Positions 49,060 to 62,400 of a stretch of 64,000 bases of DNA are shown piece after piece. Positions within the stretch are counted from its first letter, which is position 1, and the number at the start of each line of letters is the position of its first letter. Position numbers and translations under genes: made by a program. Under the pieces are notes generated by a model that made no database searches, was not told the DNA's origin, and saw nothing but the letters and a program-made list of their open reading frames with translations. The stretch is from Ramazzottius varieornatus (lineage: Eukaryota; Animalia; Tardigrada): positions 2,521,950 to 2,585,949 of the forward strand of contig BDGG01000003.1 of assembly GCA_001949185.1 (NCBI GenBank). The letters run 5' to 3'.

Positions 49060-49452
49060 GCGGCTGACTGTCAGACTGTCATGTCGGATCTCCATCTGAC
49101 ATTACAGCCTGTCACTCGGCTGCCGATTTAGTCCGATCTTTCATTCGACCGAGCCGCCCAGTAGGTCCGGGCCGGACTTCTGAACGACTCGGCTCAAGGG
49201 AGAACCGAACCGAGTCGGCATTCCCAATCATCAATCCGGTTAGACCGGATCATCAGAAACCAGTGAAGGTCAATCAATAAATCAGTCAGACAAAGTCCCT
49301 CGAACAGTCTCCCTCGAACAGTCGGAAAATTCAAGCAATCAATCGGCGAGGAAACTCATCGCCGATCTCATCAATCAAACAATCAAATGCAGTTCTCGAT
49401 TGATTGCTTGATTGACTGAAACGAAGTGCACATGTGATGTACACACATGTGC
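49060..49452. repeat. Cluster of short stem-loops/inverted repeats
   Basis: Hairpins at 49060-49123 and ~49148-49191; inverted 15-mer tcaagcaatcaatcg/cgattgattgcttga (49331-49411) enclosing another hairpin; palindrome at 49426-49452. Confidence 0.7.
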
Positions 49453-50854
49453 AGTTTAGTAGACTCATAACTTAGTACATATTGCTCCTTACATCTAGGA
49501 TCCCCTAGTCCGGTGTACTCCGAATCTACGATCTATTTTTCTTGGGGAGGATATTCTGCCGTCGCGGAGGCAAAACTAATCAAATTTTCAACATGCCAAA
49601 TGGTTTGTGCAAACGACCGCAGGCAGCATATTCTTACAGCGCTCTGGGTCTTTGAACAACGAAACCTAACTGGAAAACCTCGAGATGATGCATGTTGTTG
49701 CGAGCAGAAATACCAAGTCCTTACGTACTCGTATAATAGTCTCATCGCGATGATTTTGTGTGAGAATTGAGTTTATGATGGCATTTAGCAAGCATAATTA
49801 CTGTAAATAGCTCATGCATTGTGCACTGTGTGTGATTCTTCTTCGAAATGATCACCTGTAGCGAGCGGCAAAATCGTGAACGATAGAGGTCGACCATGAA
49901 GAACTCTGTCGTGATTGCTTTATGCGACTCGCCATGGTCAATTTTCGAAATGTCAAAATTCGGATAGTTGGCAGGCAATGAACGCCAGATCTCAAAAGGG
50001 AGAACTGGTCGTCTTGATTTTCTTCTGACCGCACTGATGACTACAAAATTTATCCCAGGCTTGGCTTCGATAGATAAGACTGTCCCCAGTGCTCCAGTTT
50101 TTTTCTAAGCGAATACCGTGCACGTGTCTCGCGCGAAGAGACGAAACACCAAATTTTACCAAAACCACCCGAAACCGCAGAAAAAATTTCCAGCGTGCTG
50201 GGGTTTTGCTGACCGCTGGTCATTAGTGTTGCTTTGGTGAGAAGACCGAGGTACATGCAAACAAAAAGACCCAGACCCGAAAGACCAAAAGCTGAAACTG
50301 GGATGTGAATGAAACTGTGAGATTGTATACACAAAGAGGACGGTCGTACGCAGAGTGTTAAGGCGCTATGAAAATCGGTCGTTTGGGCTTACGACTTCCG
50401 TATACACGTACAGAACCAAGAGACAGAAGAGAGCGTCGCACCGGTCATTAAGGTGGACCTCGAGGCCGCAGCTCACATCATATATCGCATGTACTGTGAG
50501 AATGAAAGTCGTGTTGACCTACCAATCCATTCGTTTTCATTAGTCAAATTTGATGTTTTCCTTATTGGTCCTTTATGTCCGAGTTTTAACTGGAGTCTGG
50601 AAACTGGGTAGGAGCCTAAACGTTGCTTATATTCTTCACGATTTTTATCCTTTGGAATTCTTTCTCGGATCGGACGTTTTCTACTTGGCTTTTCATCGCT
50701 AAATAGGCAACCGACAGCTCGCAGGCTTCCTTTGATCTCTCGATATCCTCGTGCTCCATTTCGTGATCACATTTTCTCATGGCTCTTCGTGAAATTCTTC
50801 GCGTTCTTAGCTTGATGTCGACATAAACTGTCCGCAAACCTTGCGCAAACCAAA

Positions 50855-51730
50855 ATGGCAAAGATGGACCACCATGAAGCTTTCTTCGGACTTGTCGTCG
50901 CCTTCTGTGCGTTCATCGGTAAGATTTTGTTCTGTATTTTGATCCTTTGGGAAGCCGGCAAGTGGGTTCACCCAGATCGCTTCCTAAGTAACGCACCCTC
51001 TTGGCTAAAACTAACGTGAGCGTGCGCCACTTGTGACAACGATGTGGGTGAAATCATTTGCAGATTTCCAGTAGTCGCATTTCTGTTAGTCGCTAAACTG
51101 ATATTGTGTTTCGGTTGTTTCTTTCCAGAGGGGATATCAGCGCAATATTATGGGGGCTATGGCGGCAACCTCGGTGGATACGCGCTCGGTGGTTCGCTGT
51201 CCAACTTCGTCGGCAACTGTTCCTATTACCCCAACAACAACTATGGATCCGGTTGGGGCGGAGGTGGGGGCAGCTCGTACGGCATGGCTAACAACACCGG
51301 GCCAGTAACCAACCTGACCAACTGTGGGTTCGACGCGGATTCCGCTCGTGTCTTTGGGTATTACGGGTACGACTTCCCCAAGCCACCTATCGGTATAACA
51401 TACCCGCAGATCGGCTGGCCGTATTCCATCCCCAATCCATACTACACACCGCCACCCTATGGCCCAGTTGGTCTTCCGTACTATGGAGTTCCTGTACACT
51501 CGTACAACCCATACTTATGGGGCTTTGGAAGTTACAATGGTATCTACGGAGCGGCCCGGTCAGGGAAGTTTGCCATCCCGGAAGTGCCGCCGAACTACCT
51601 GCCTAGCCCAGTCTTCAAAGGTTACAAGTAAGACCAACTGAACGATCGCTATCTGGTCCCCGATCTGACTACGTTGTGTCTTTCTTGTTGCAGGTTTGGA
51701 CCGGGAGGTCAGATCATTGCCTACTATTAG
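50855..51730 (+). CDS. Secreted Gly/Tyr/Pro/Asn-rich structural-type protein; exons ~50855-50918, 51129-51628, 51694-51730
   Basis: Signal peptide MAKMDHHEAFFGLVVAFCAFI/EGISA-QYYGGYGG.., YGG/PYY-rich body; in-phase GT-AG introns; ends KFGPGGQIIAYY*. Confidence 0.75.
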
Positions 51731-52947
51731 ACAGGAACCAACCTGCAAGTGGTGGTTGGACTGCGATGTGGGAAACATCAAAAGTTTCAGTGGTCGCAAT
51801 CTTTGTAACGATCAATAAGCAAACGTATTGGATCTTCAACAATAGTTCCTTCTTTTGAGGCCGCTGAATAGTTTACCGTATTAAAAATTGATGGAAAAAA
51901 ATAAGCGAGAAAATTTGAAGTCTTTTCATATCCAGTCAGCCGTACCACCATTTTGTGATCTATTTGTATATGTTAGCAGGCTTAAATGATTGCTTCTGCT
52001 ATATGTATTAATCATCCGGAGGCTTCTTTGCTTGATAGTTCCTGCAGGCAAAAGTGAAGGTATTAGGTCTTCCAGTACGAAATTGCCGTTTCATGAACGC
52101 CTATTTCAGGAATTTGTACTCTTCTCAGACACAATATTTTGATCCCCTGTTCTCTGCCACGTCTCATGTACACTATCGTCTTTCGTTCGAGAATAAGAAT
52201 GCTTCCCGTCAACTGATAGAGCCGTTTATTTCTCATGGCATAATTTTAAATTGTGACTTCCTTGGTAAAGAAATGTTTCGCATTGACCGGCGCTTCTAGA
52301 AAACCATACTTTATACCGAAACATGCAAAAGTAAGGGTGCTATCGGTTGCCCGTTTCAGTTTTCACTAAACAAGTCTAGCTCAAAAACTATCGGGTGGAA
52401 AAAAGGGCTCCAAAACTCTTTCTTTTGCCGTCAAGAAAGGCTTTTTTCAGAGCAGATTGTTTGAAACTATGCGTGATGATTGAGCTGAAAGCTTCCGCTA
52501 CGGGATGAGTTTGTTACTGGTAAAATATTGCAGCTGCCGGTGGAAGAGAAAATTCGTGGAAAGATCATGGTTAGAACTGTGTCTCTATCCCTATCGATCA
52601 CAAAGATCTTGATTGGCGCCATTCATGACTTTCCATCTTATTTTCTGACAGATGAATTTCTCTTATCAAAAAAGGTCGTTAAACGTAGAGAAAATTTGTC
52701 GTGTCGGGAAATGCAATGCAAAATTTTCCAGAATAATATATTATCCTGGAAAATTTTGTACGTATGTCTGGTTCCAATGCTTCGAGTGGATCTAAAACGA
52801 AAAAACATGAAGAACATGGTAAAACACCATGAAGACCTTATCCTTGAAATATCGGTTGAACTTAGCAACTCGTTTGACGACGTGCTGTAGAAAGAACATT
52901 TGGGTATTGGCGGCGCAGTTTTCATACAAACTTTTTTCACTCGGAAC

Positions 52948-53916
52948 CAGTGTTGCTCCAATATGAATTTTTCGATTCTAATTGCAATTACGATTAATCG
53001 GAATACTTCGGGCGGCAGCAATTTCAGTTGTCTGAGACTCAGCTCGGCTGAATTAGCTATTACAATTACTGTATTACCTATAAGGTTTCGCGCAGTCACG
53101 TAACAGGCCAGTAAGTATTGCGTGGCGGGAATAAAACACTTCACTGCCATCAGTTAAAAATTCCTGGCCAATCAAGCACAGCAATGTGCCACAATCAAAC
53201 AATCAGTGATATGAGGCCCCGGGTGTAATTCACTGATCTGTCACGTGACTGCGCGAAACCTTAGAAGTAATACAGTAATCGGGATTCAGCTCGCATCGGC
53301 AATTGGAATTATTTCAATTTTTTTCCCCCGAAATATCGTGTTCTAAAGCGACTTAAGCCCACGGTTCCATAAGCGTGGAATGGATGTTGGATGTTTAGCT
53401 CAGAACATGTTGTACTCAAGGCATTAAAAACGGATGCGCTGATGGAAGCAGGTATTGTAATGCTTCCTGAAGCCTTGCGCGTACGTCGTCATACAAGCGA
53501 AACATCCCTTACGGTGTTGGTTGTTAAACGTATCGGGACCAGGCTTGAACTTCGCGCGTACATCGATGCACCGCGCGTGATTCGCAAAACAAAACTGTAA
53601 GAATCGTGCCTTTCTCCGTCGTGCGGCATGCACATACGCATACATGGTCGCCCAATCAAGCGCCACAGGCACCCAGAAACTCCGATACTTGGGATACCCA
53701 AGTGCGTTTTAACGCGCTGTAGGGCGCAAATTCAATGATTTAAATAACCACATTCTTGATTCTAATTACCAATTATGATTTGCTCAGTTTCGCCATTCCA
53801 ATTAATATTGGAATTGTCCAGCCTGGGATTCCCAATTTTGATTGTCATATTGGAATTCAAAAACGGTCGGTTTTGCCCATTTTCAGATATCAATTGAAAC
53901 GATCGGAGCAACACTT
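52948..53916. mobile_element. Non-autonomous hAT element with perfect 8-bp TSD (ctcggaac)
   Basis: ctcggaac|cagtgttgctccaat ... atcggagcaacactt|ctcggaac. Confidence 0.88.
53069..53275. mobile_element. Tc1/mariner-pogo-type MITE (207 bp, TA TSD) nested in the hAT element
   Basis: TA|ctgtattacctataaggtttcgcgcagtcacgtaacag ... ctgtcacgtgactgcgcgaaaccttagaagtaatacag|TA. Confidence 0.85.
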
Positions 53917-55242
53917 CTCGGAACGGCCCTTTTCTGTCATCAAGTTGCGGAGGATAACGAAGGGCGTCACGTGGTAAGTTTGCCGTACCTCGCCGTGGCT
54001 CAAAGGTTCACAGAACTGTTCACCCTTTTGAGAAGATTCTGCCGAAAACGCCAGGGGATATTAAGCACGGCCAAGCACTCCCTCGTGGGGTTTATTGTCA
54101 GAACAGATGCAGACGCGCATTCGGGCTGTGTGATTTCATTGTGACGTCAAAACTACATCAGTCGAATTGTCGAAAGTCTAATCACTTCAATTGACCCATT
54201 GCTTACAGCGCGAACTCTTTAAGTCTTGAGTCTTAGTACTACAGTGTGCGGAATACTAGCGGTCGCATCTGTAAGATTGAGATGCGTCGTAATAAAAAGC
54301 GCGGTCCTTTCAGACAAAAACGTTCGCCGGGTCTCTGTGGTGTGACCGTAGAAGCACTTGTGCACGTGGATGTTGAGGGCCGGGACCTACCAGGTGTTCC
54401 CTGCAAATGGGAACAAGTTAAGACATGAATAGAAAAATGAGTACTGCTTTCACTTCTTCAAAAATCCGTTCCCAGATACGTCTAACTATTAACAATATTG
54501 GGTAAGATTCTTGTCGAGGGGTCGTGCTCCAGAAGGATCAGAGTGCTGAAGACATGAACTTGGTGGAAATCAAAAAGTTTTCGCAAAACCAACATGCAAT
54601 GCACTTCAGGCTGGTATGTTTGCGTGCGAAACGTCTCTGAATCGTTTCGCTGATGCTGTATCATTTACGAGTCCGTGCACATGGCTGGATCTGTGAGCAA
54701 CAATATTGCTGAAAACTCAGGGGGCGAGCAAAACTTTCCGCGTACTTTTTGGACTATTTTCAGTTTCTCCGTCCGCAGCGAGTTGGAGCGGTCGGTTTGT
54801 TTGTTGATAATCAGTTCGAACATGCTTCTTTCATGAAACAACTTTATGAGGAAATTTGGACGGTTTGCCATTCACAAATAAATAATTTAACTGAAATTCC
54901 CACTTTTTACGCGTAAAACTGATGGTTTTCAGTAGCTCACAACAATCAAACAATTAATGTTTTGTTGAGGAGATCTTCACAAAAATTCCAGATGAAGACA
55001 TACTCTGTCGAATGAGCTGAAGTTTGAAAATGTGTAGCTAAAAACGAATTTACCACGAACTTTCGAATTCGTTCCAACCTATAGGGATCACCCTGTATTC
55101 ATACTGAAAAAGTGAGGATCCAAAAATTCAACCAAGCTCCATCCGTTTTGATCACACTAGAAGTTGTCAAGTGTCAGCTGTACGTAAAGCGTCACTTCTT
55201 GTCAGAAAAGTATCAAGTGACATATATTGTACAGTGGACGCC

Positions 55243-56036
55243 CAGTGTTGTTCCGATATGACTTTTTCAGTTTGAATTGCAATTACGATTAATCGGAATC
55301 CCTCGCGTAGCAGCAATTTGAATTGCAGGTAACTCGTTATGGCTGGATCAATGACGATTAATTCAAATTCAAGTTTTCAACAAATGAACTTATTCGTATT
55401 ATTGGGATGGTGTTTTGTAATTTTATTTTTCATAAAATTGGCATTTCTGTTCGGTACCACGCGTCGGATGGGTAAGCGTTTAGATTGACCCTCTGGTAAT
55501 TCGCGGAGAATACTTCGTTCCCAAGGTATCCAGTACGGATGGCTGTCGACAATACGGACTGCTATGCTCCATGAAGGAACCACGGTGCGTCGCATAGGCG
55601 TAAACTTGAACCCCACTGGAACAACAGAACCCTAGCAAGGCCTACCAGGTGCTGGTCACGTATACGTCATACAAGGACGAACTGCAGCTTCCCGAAGAAA
55701 TTTGTACGAGGTACACAATCTGATTCTGCTGTGTACGTACACCAGCGCACCATTAGTCACTCGATCAAGCACTAAAGGTGCTTCACAAGGCGAGAAAGTG
55801 ATATATCTACGTGTATTTCGCGTGCTTCTTTGGTGTCAGTTATTATTCGAATTACCAAAACCTTGGATTTCAATTGTGCATTAAAATATCTTCTCGTTCT
55901 TGGAATTCCGATTCAATTCCGATTCAATTCCGATTAATATCGAAATGACCAACCCAGAATTTGCAATTTAGATTGTTATATCGAAATTCGAAAACCGTCA
56001 AATTAGGCCATTTTCAATTTCGTACGAACTACACTG
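55243..56036. mobile_element. Diverged relative of the 52948-53916 non-autonomous hAT element
   Basis: Starts cagtgttgttccgatatgac..aattgcaattacgattaatcggaat (shared with the 52948 copy), ends ..actacactg; flanks tggacgcc / tgtgcgcc (6/8). Confidence 0.72.
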
Positions 56037-56488
56037 TGTGCGCCGGGAAAAGGAGTTTCCCTCCCGGTGCTCAAGGCCTTCTTAAGATATTTCGTTGCCT
56101 ATCCGCTGCCTGCCTTCCTTTTCAGAGTCAACATCGCGGGATCTCGCTCATTCGCGAAGTTCCAGATGGACACTGTAAGATGAGATCAGCCATAAGGTAT
56201 CCAAGAGAGAAATTTTAGAATGTTCTGAGCAATGGTAAAACAGCAGAAAATTGTCACACGAAATGCGCGGTCCCTTTCAGGACTGCTGTGTTCTTGACGA
56301 ACTTCCGCTGACCACTGGTCCTTCGGGTTTCTGATGAAACAGGACAGAACCTTTTGGACTGTACTATTACTTTGCTAAAAGATCCCACTTTATCGCAGAC
56401 TAAAACAGTCGAAATGTAGAAAACGAAATGTAAGAAACGCTATTGAATAATCTGACGTGAAAATCATAGGAAGTTCTACGGCAAGGAT

Positions 56489-59400
56489 TCAAACGTCGAG
56501 GGATTTTACAGCGCAAACGGACGTGAAGCGATGCTGCTTGTTGAAAAGCTGACGGTTGGTCCGCGCTGTGAAAGTATTGGCTCGTGAGAGCGGACTAAAG
56601 ACCGGAGTGGTCTCCTCTAATCTAAGCCCATTAGCGTTCATGGACTTGAAGGATCCCGCGTATGTTGTGGTACGACTTTGCCAGCGCTTCCAGGCGGCAC
56701 GTGATCGCTGCGCCATGTGGAAAGCGCCGTAGATGAGAGGGTTGAAGACCGAATTGCTCATTCCTACGGACGTTATTAAAGAGTCGTGTAATCATGTCGT
56801 ATCGTGCCATTCTGTCAGTTTGGCATTGTCAAGACGCACTGCGTCAGGTTTTTGACCCGTATCATAATTTGACTTCCAGCCATGGATGCCGCCAGTCAAA
56901 GAGTTTGTGCCTAATCCGTCAGTAGGAGGTGTACCCTTGGAACTGGGTGCTTAAACTCGAGGGTCCACCAGTGCTTTTGTGCAGGGGTCCGAAAGTTTAT
57001 TTGGGATCAGCTGTTTTGGGGTTGGGTGCACCTCTCCTGGGACATGGCACGGACTTCGTACGGGAGACTGCATCCATGCTTCCAGGAACGACGAGCCGCC
57101 CCTTTAGCGTAACAGGAAGTCACGCAGCAATCACAAAGGTAAAATGTAGCTTACCGAAGAAAAAAATTACTTGGAAGATTCTTTCGGCGTTTCCGCTTTC
57201 TTCTTTCTGAGGCTTATTGGCCAGAACGTAATAGAGGACGGAAATGTAATAAGGAGCTGCAAGAAAAATATCAAGTTTATTATTCATTACAGGCACGTGA
57301 GACTCACAGGAGCAGGACCGGACCGACCGGTTACGAAAATTCAGAGTTAACGTTGAAAAACCGACGTGAGAAGGAAGTTGAAATTCAGGATAAATTATTC
57401 GAACTCTGATGCGCACCATACTATTCTGTGTAGGCCCATCTGGACTGTACGTGTACAGTATTTCCGGCTGGTTTGTTTGTGTTTCCGAGTTCTACCACTT
57501 TAGTCGGAATGGATACTGTACATAACATAGCTGCACGCCATTGATTTATTGAGCGAAAATTACTGGTCTCAGTGCTTGGCCCCGTTTTATAGAAGACTGG
57601 TCGATTAAAAAAAAATTCCCGCTCCTTTCTGTTTGGTTCACATTCCAGAGTGAGGCAGCTTGTCGATCACCCGAGTGGAGTGTCTTGATGCGCTGCCCAG
57701 GTTAGTCCTGAAGTCCGGTTCGGTATTGAGTCCTCCGGAGCTGAAGGTGGGAATGAGTGAACATCGGTGTCGGTTGACTGCATAAGATGGTAATACCGGA
57801 GCGGTGGAAACGCGGTCTCGAAACCTGACTAGAGGAGGCGGGTATACACCGACACGCCCATCAGAACTGATGACGTCCTACTTTATTAAAAAATAAATTT
57901 AAGCGACACTTAGAGAAAAATCAAGTAACAAAGATGACATCTGCAAGACTGCAGGTACTATCTACAGGGCCAAAGTTCTTTTCTTGCCAGTTTGACACAA
58001 AACTTTCTGAAGCGGCAAAGGTGAAGATGGAAACATGGAAAGTCTATCGCAACACCGCATCAGACTGAATCAAACAATCAAATTTCCGGAGATCTCTGGT
58101 GCGGCACAGCCTTGTGTGAGATTTCCCCAGAAGCTGACGGAATTTCACCCGTTGGATCAATCGACTCCCAGACCAATACTCAACCGACCCCGGTGAACAT
58201 GCAAATGGGTTGGAACGTTCAGAGAAGAACGGTATAGAGACAAATGATCGGACACTGCTGCAATGACATCCTGATAGCTCAACTTGCACAACGTGCAACG
58301 ACGGATCGCCTGCCTGCAGATGCACCCTCCTACTGCTACACCTCTTTAATATCGCACTGAAAGTGTCAGCTATATACCATTACGATCAGGAACGTGAGGA
58401 CATGGCAAACCAATCCATCAAAACTGACTGTATGACGTGACGTTAGGCAATCAAAAGCCCTGATCAATGTTTCCGGTTCAGTCAGCTGTTTCAGGCATAA
58501 CAGCTTTAACAGATGTTCCTTTCTGATACCGGGAGTCTTTCTCTGATCTTTTCTGTGATATCTATAGCTTCCTCTGTCATTGTGTTCTGTCATAGAGTTC
58601 GATATGAGTCGAGGCCAGTCCTGCGGAGCTATTTAGCTCGGTGGGATTGTCTAGCTCATTTCGCCTTTCCTCTACGAGGTTTTTACAGAAAGCTTATCCA
58701 TGTTCGTGCGCTGCATAACCCTGTTTTGCGTTCTCGTAAAAAAAAGGCAGATGTGGCTCGCGAGCTAAAACGAGCTAAATAGCTTCGCAGCTCTGGTCGA
58801 GGCTACAGGGTGAGTGACGTGATGGTTTCGATTTCAGAGAGTGCTTTTCAATAAAGTCCATCAAATCTCTTGATTACGATCCCGCCCCGAACTCCGCCCT
58901 CGTTTTGATTAATTGATTTGCCATTTCCTCACGTTCCTGATCGCAATAGAAGTATTCCTACCTATGAATGCGAGACAGGAAGATGGCTACGAATCGCGGG
59001 ATCAGAGTTCATTTAGCGCAATAGAGCAGCTCCAGATTCATCAACAGTCAAAACTCTAGAGCTTTGATTCAACACGGTCTAACACGGTCTGATACGGTGT
59101 GGTACAGTATGATACGGCCATCATACGGTATGATGCGGTCATCAGACTTCATAGTTCACCGCCGTTGCAGTTCTACCGTGACGTCGCATGTTCGGTGGGC
59201 GGGTCACTCTTCTCACGCCGTTAATCCAATCAGATTGGAGACCACGTTTCACTGTTCTGATTTCACCGTGCCGCACCGCTGGGAGACTATTAGACAAAAT
59301 GGACATTGGCGAGATCAGGGAGATAATCCGGTGCGGCTGGACCTTTTTCACTATGGTATGCACCACTTGGATTTAATGGCCTCTATCATGCCGATCAACG

Positions 59401-62400
59401 GGTTGTTGCTTCGATTTGTTCGGCATTTCTTACCCCAACAGAGAAGAAAGGTGACGATGACGAGCATCGAAACGCACAAGGCTTTCATCTTGGCTTTCTT
59501 CATTAGGGCATCCCGATGGTCTCCAGCCGCGCTGTAGAAGAACGCAACCCTCTTGACACCATGGGTGAAAACCTCTGCAAAGCAGAAACATCACTCGAAC
59601 TTGTTTGGCTGTTCTGTTCATTATTCGGTTTGGTCTGCGGCCCCAGATCTTCAGGGTTGACGTTGAATTACCGCAAGTCTAGCCATCAGATCGAGGTGCC
59701 CCAATTTGCGCAACCCCAAACGGAACGAAAAGACACTCCATAAAACTTCAATGAATTTCTGCCATGAAGAACGCTGAGAAGGAAATGTGATACAGAGTCA
59801 GAGACGAATTGTGTGCGAGTTCGATTTTCGTACCCTCTTTCGACCTTTCAAAGCACTCCAAACTGGAAACGACGTATGATAAACAGATAATGCGTTCAAT
59901 TACAGTCACGCTCACAAGTCATTGCCACCCCGTGGTCTTCCTTCGGTTGCCGTTCAAATACGATGATTAAAACACCATCATGTAGAACACTATTTATACT
60001 TCTGATCATGTGACCATGGTATCGCATCTTCGATCAATCAAGCGGCGAGTATGGGTTGTTTGAACAAGGAAATGAGGCCTGTTTTTGGGGGCTTGTTTCT
60101 TGTTACGTGAGAGACAAAGCGGAAAACCTGTTTTTATGTCTGGAGGTTCTCAGCCGATTTCGCCTTTCATAGCATATATTTTCATGTTTAGCGGCACCCT
60201 GGTGCCACAGGTTGATAAATCCTCCGGAGAGTCTGAGTCGTATTCCATCAGGCATTGCGGTACGCATTGGAATGGCTCTGTATGCTCCCCAAAGTTTTCT
60301 GGAATTTTTACAGATTCTTTTGGAATTTTTGTCGTGTCGCATGTCGTCTCACGTAATATCACATATAACATATCAAGTACACTGACGTCACATTACGGCT
60401 TACATGCGTCACCGTCCACAGTCACCAGCTGATGTGAACGACCGAAGCGGAAGGGCCCCACGAGACCGAAGTTAAAGCTCTCCTATAGTCTCGCTGAGAC
60501 TACCGTCGACGCATTTCAGGCAATCAATGGAGAATGCGTACCCCAAAAGCCTTGCTCTCTGCTGCGGCGCTTTTCTCGAACGATGAGATCTAGAATTATT
60601 GTATCGAAGGTCTTCAACGGAAGCAGATGAAAACAGAGAATGAAACCTGACCACTGGTCTCTCCTATTGATCGTATGTTGAGAGAGCAGCCTGGTCTTCT
60701 CGCTCTTGCACACGAAGCCTGCTCGTTCAGTGTGGTAGACCATTTTGCTTTCTCCTTCTCTCATCATTGCATGCCTTGTGTCTACTAGCCAGGCAAACAA
60801 TATTGGCACAGCGTTGATCCGTTTGGCATAGCTCCTTAAGTTTGATGTGATGTATTGCACACAAGACGCGAAAGATGCATGAAGCGTTCTTAGGGGTCAT
60901 CGTTTTATGGAGTGCGAGATTGCGACCTCAAACCCATTCTCTTCCTTTCATCCCGTACGTGCGGCCCCTATTAAGGAGATATTCCCTGCCGAGCGCCCAA
61001 GCAAAAAGCTTTAGAAAGAAGGTGGGTATGCTATCAGGAGCTGGTTATCTGCTCGCCACTCGTTCGACATCAAATTGCAGCTTTCCGCGGTCGGCTTGCC
61101 AAATGCGCAGATGATCATACACTGTGCTTCCTTCTAAACTGACATTCGTTCTCAATGATAACTTCTAGTTCCCCGCTCGGAAGCTACTTCATCCATTGTT
61201 TTGGTTATCGCGGTAGCCAGCAAGATCTTGGCAGAACATTTTTGATTTCAAAGCAGACACTCCAGCCAAAAAGCGACCAGTAGTCAACGACGTCCGAAGT
61301 CCACCGATAACAGTCATTCGCCCCCCCCCCTTCCCACATAAAACTTCATAACACGATCATGACCCATTCGATCAGCCTGAACTTCGGACTTAGAAGAGCC
61401 TGGAAGGGTGAAACGAAAGACTGCATCAGTCGTTTTAGCTGAACCAAAAGTACCCCAGATGAGAAAACTGATTTCTGAGCAGTTTTGTTCCCATACACTC
61501 CGAAATGATTGTTTTCATATAGTGTCGTCGTTTCAAGAGGATAATAGGCTTCCTTTGTGACTAATGACCACCTTGTGCGTAGAAGGTCTCTGCAATTATA
61601 CTGAAGTGCCTCACTGCTGTTTGTGCTTGCGTTTGCGGCGAACCCGGTCAACACGGATGACGTGCGGGAAAGACCTGCGCCAGGGTCACCCTGTCTGTGC
61701 CATACAAGGGTCGTTGACAGATGACTTAGCTTCCGGTACAGATCTGCGTTGTAACTTCGGACATTTTTGGGTTTTTCGCGTGGCGTTCTGGGAAACCTGT
61801 TCATCTTCGACCGGATGAAATGCATCGTTTGAGAGCTCGGCAAACAAAATCTTTCACATCGCTTTTTCGAGTTGCGCACCTTCTCACCAACATTGGCTGG
61901 AAGGGTGTGCCACTCGGCAAACCGATCTGGTCGAGTTTGTTTGCCGAGCTAGCATATGGGGGATATCCCTTTCGCACTCCATCTTGTTTTCATCGGGAAA
62001 AGTAGCTTGTGTTACCGTACGCGATGAAAGGACGTTGAGATGAAGTTCTTGCAGCTTCTCGTAATGATCGATACGAAATGACAGGATCTCTTACCAGACC
62101 GAAATTCACTCTCATCGTGGATCTTCTTGAAGATGAGAGTGTAGCTGATGATGATAATGATGAGGGGAAGAATGAACATGGCTGCGCATGTGAAGAGGAT
62201 GTACGCAGGTTCTTGCCACTCTTCGGTGTAGGCCCCGTAGGTCACACACTGCTCATGAAACCCATTTTCCGAGTCGAATGGCGACGCAATACTTCGAAAA
62301 ATGTAGATCTGCGAAAACATGACAGACACCTTCATAAATTTTGACATAAGGACTTTAAGAGTAAGTTGTCTTTTTGCATTCCTAATCCCGATATCGTAGT

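Noticed and set aside
59070-59145. Degenerate 10-bp tandem (a(c/t)acggt...)
   Set aside because: Probably TE subterminal relics; too short to classify.
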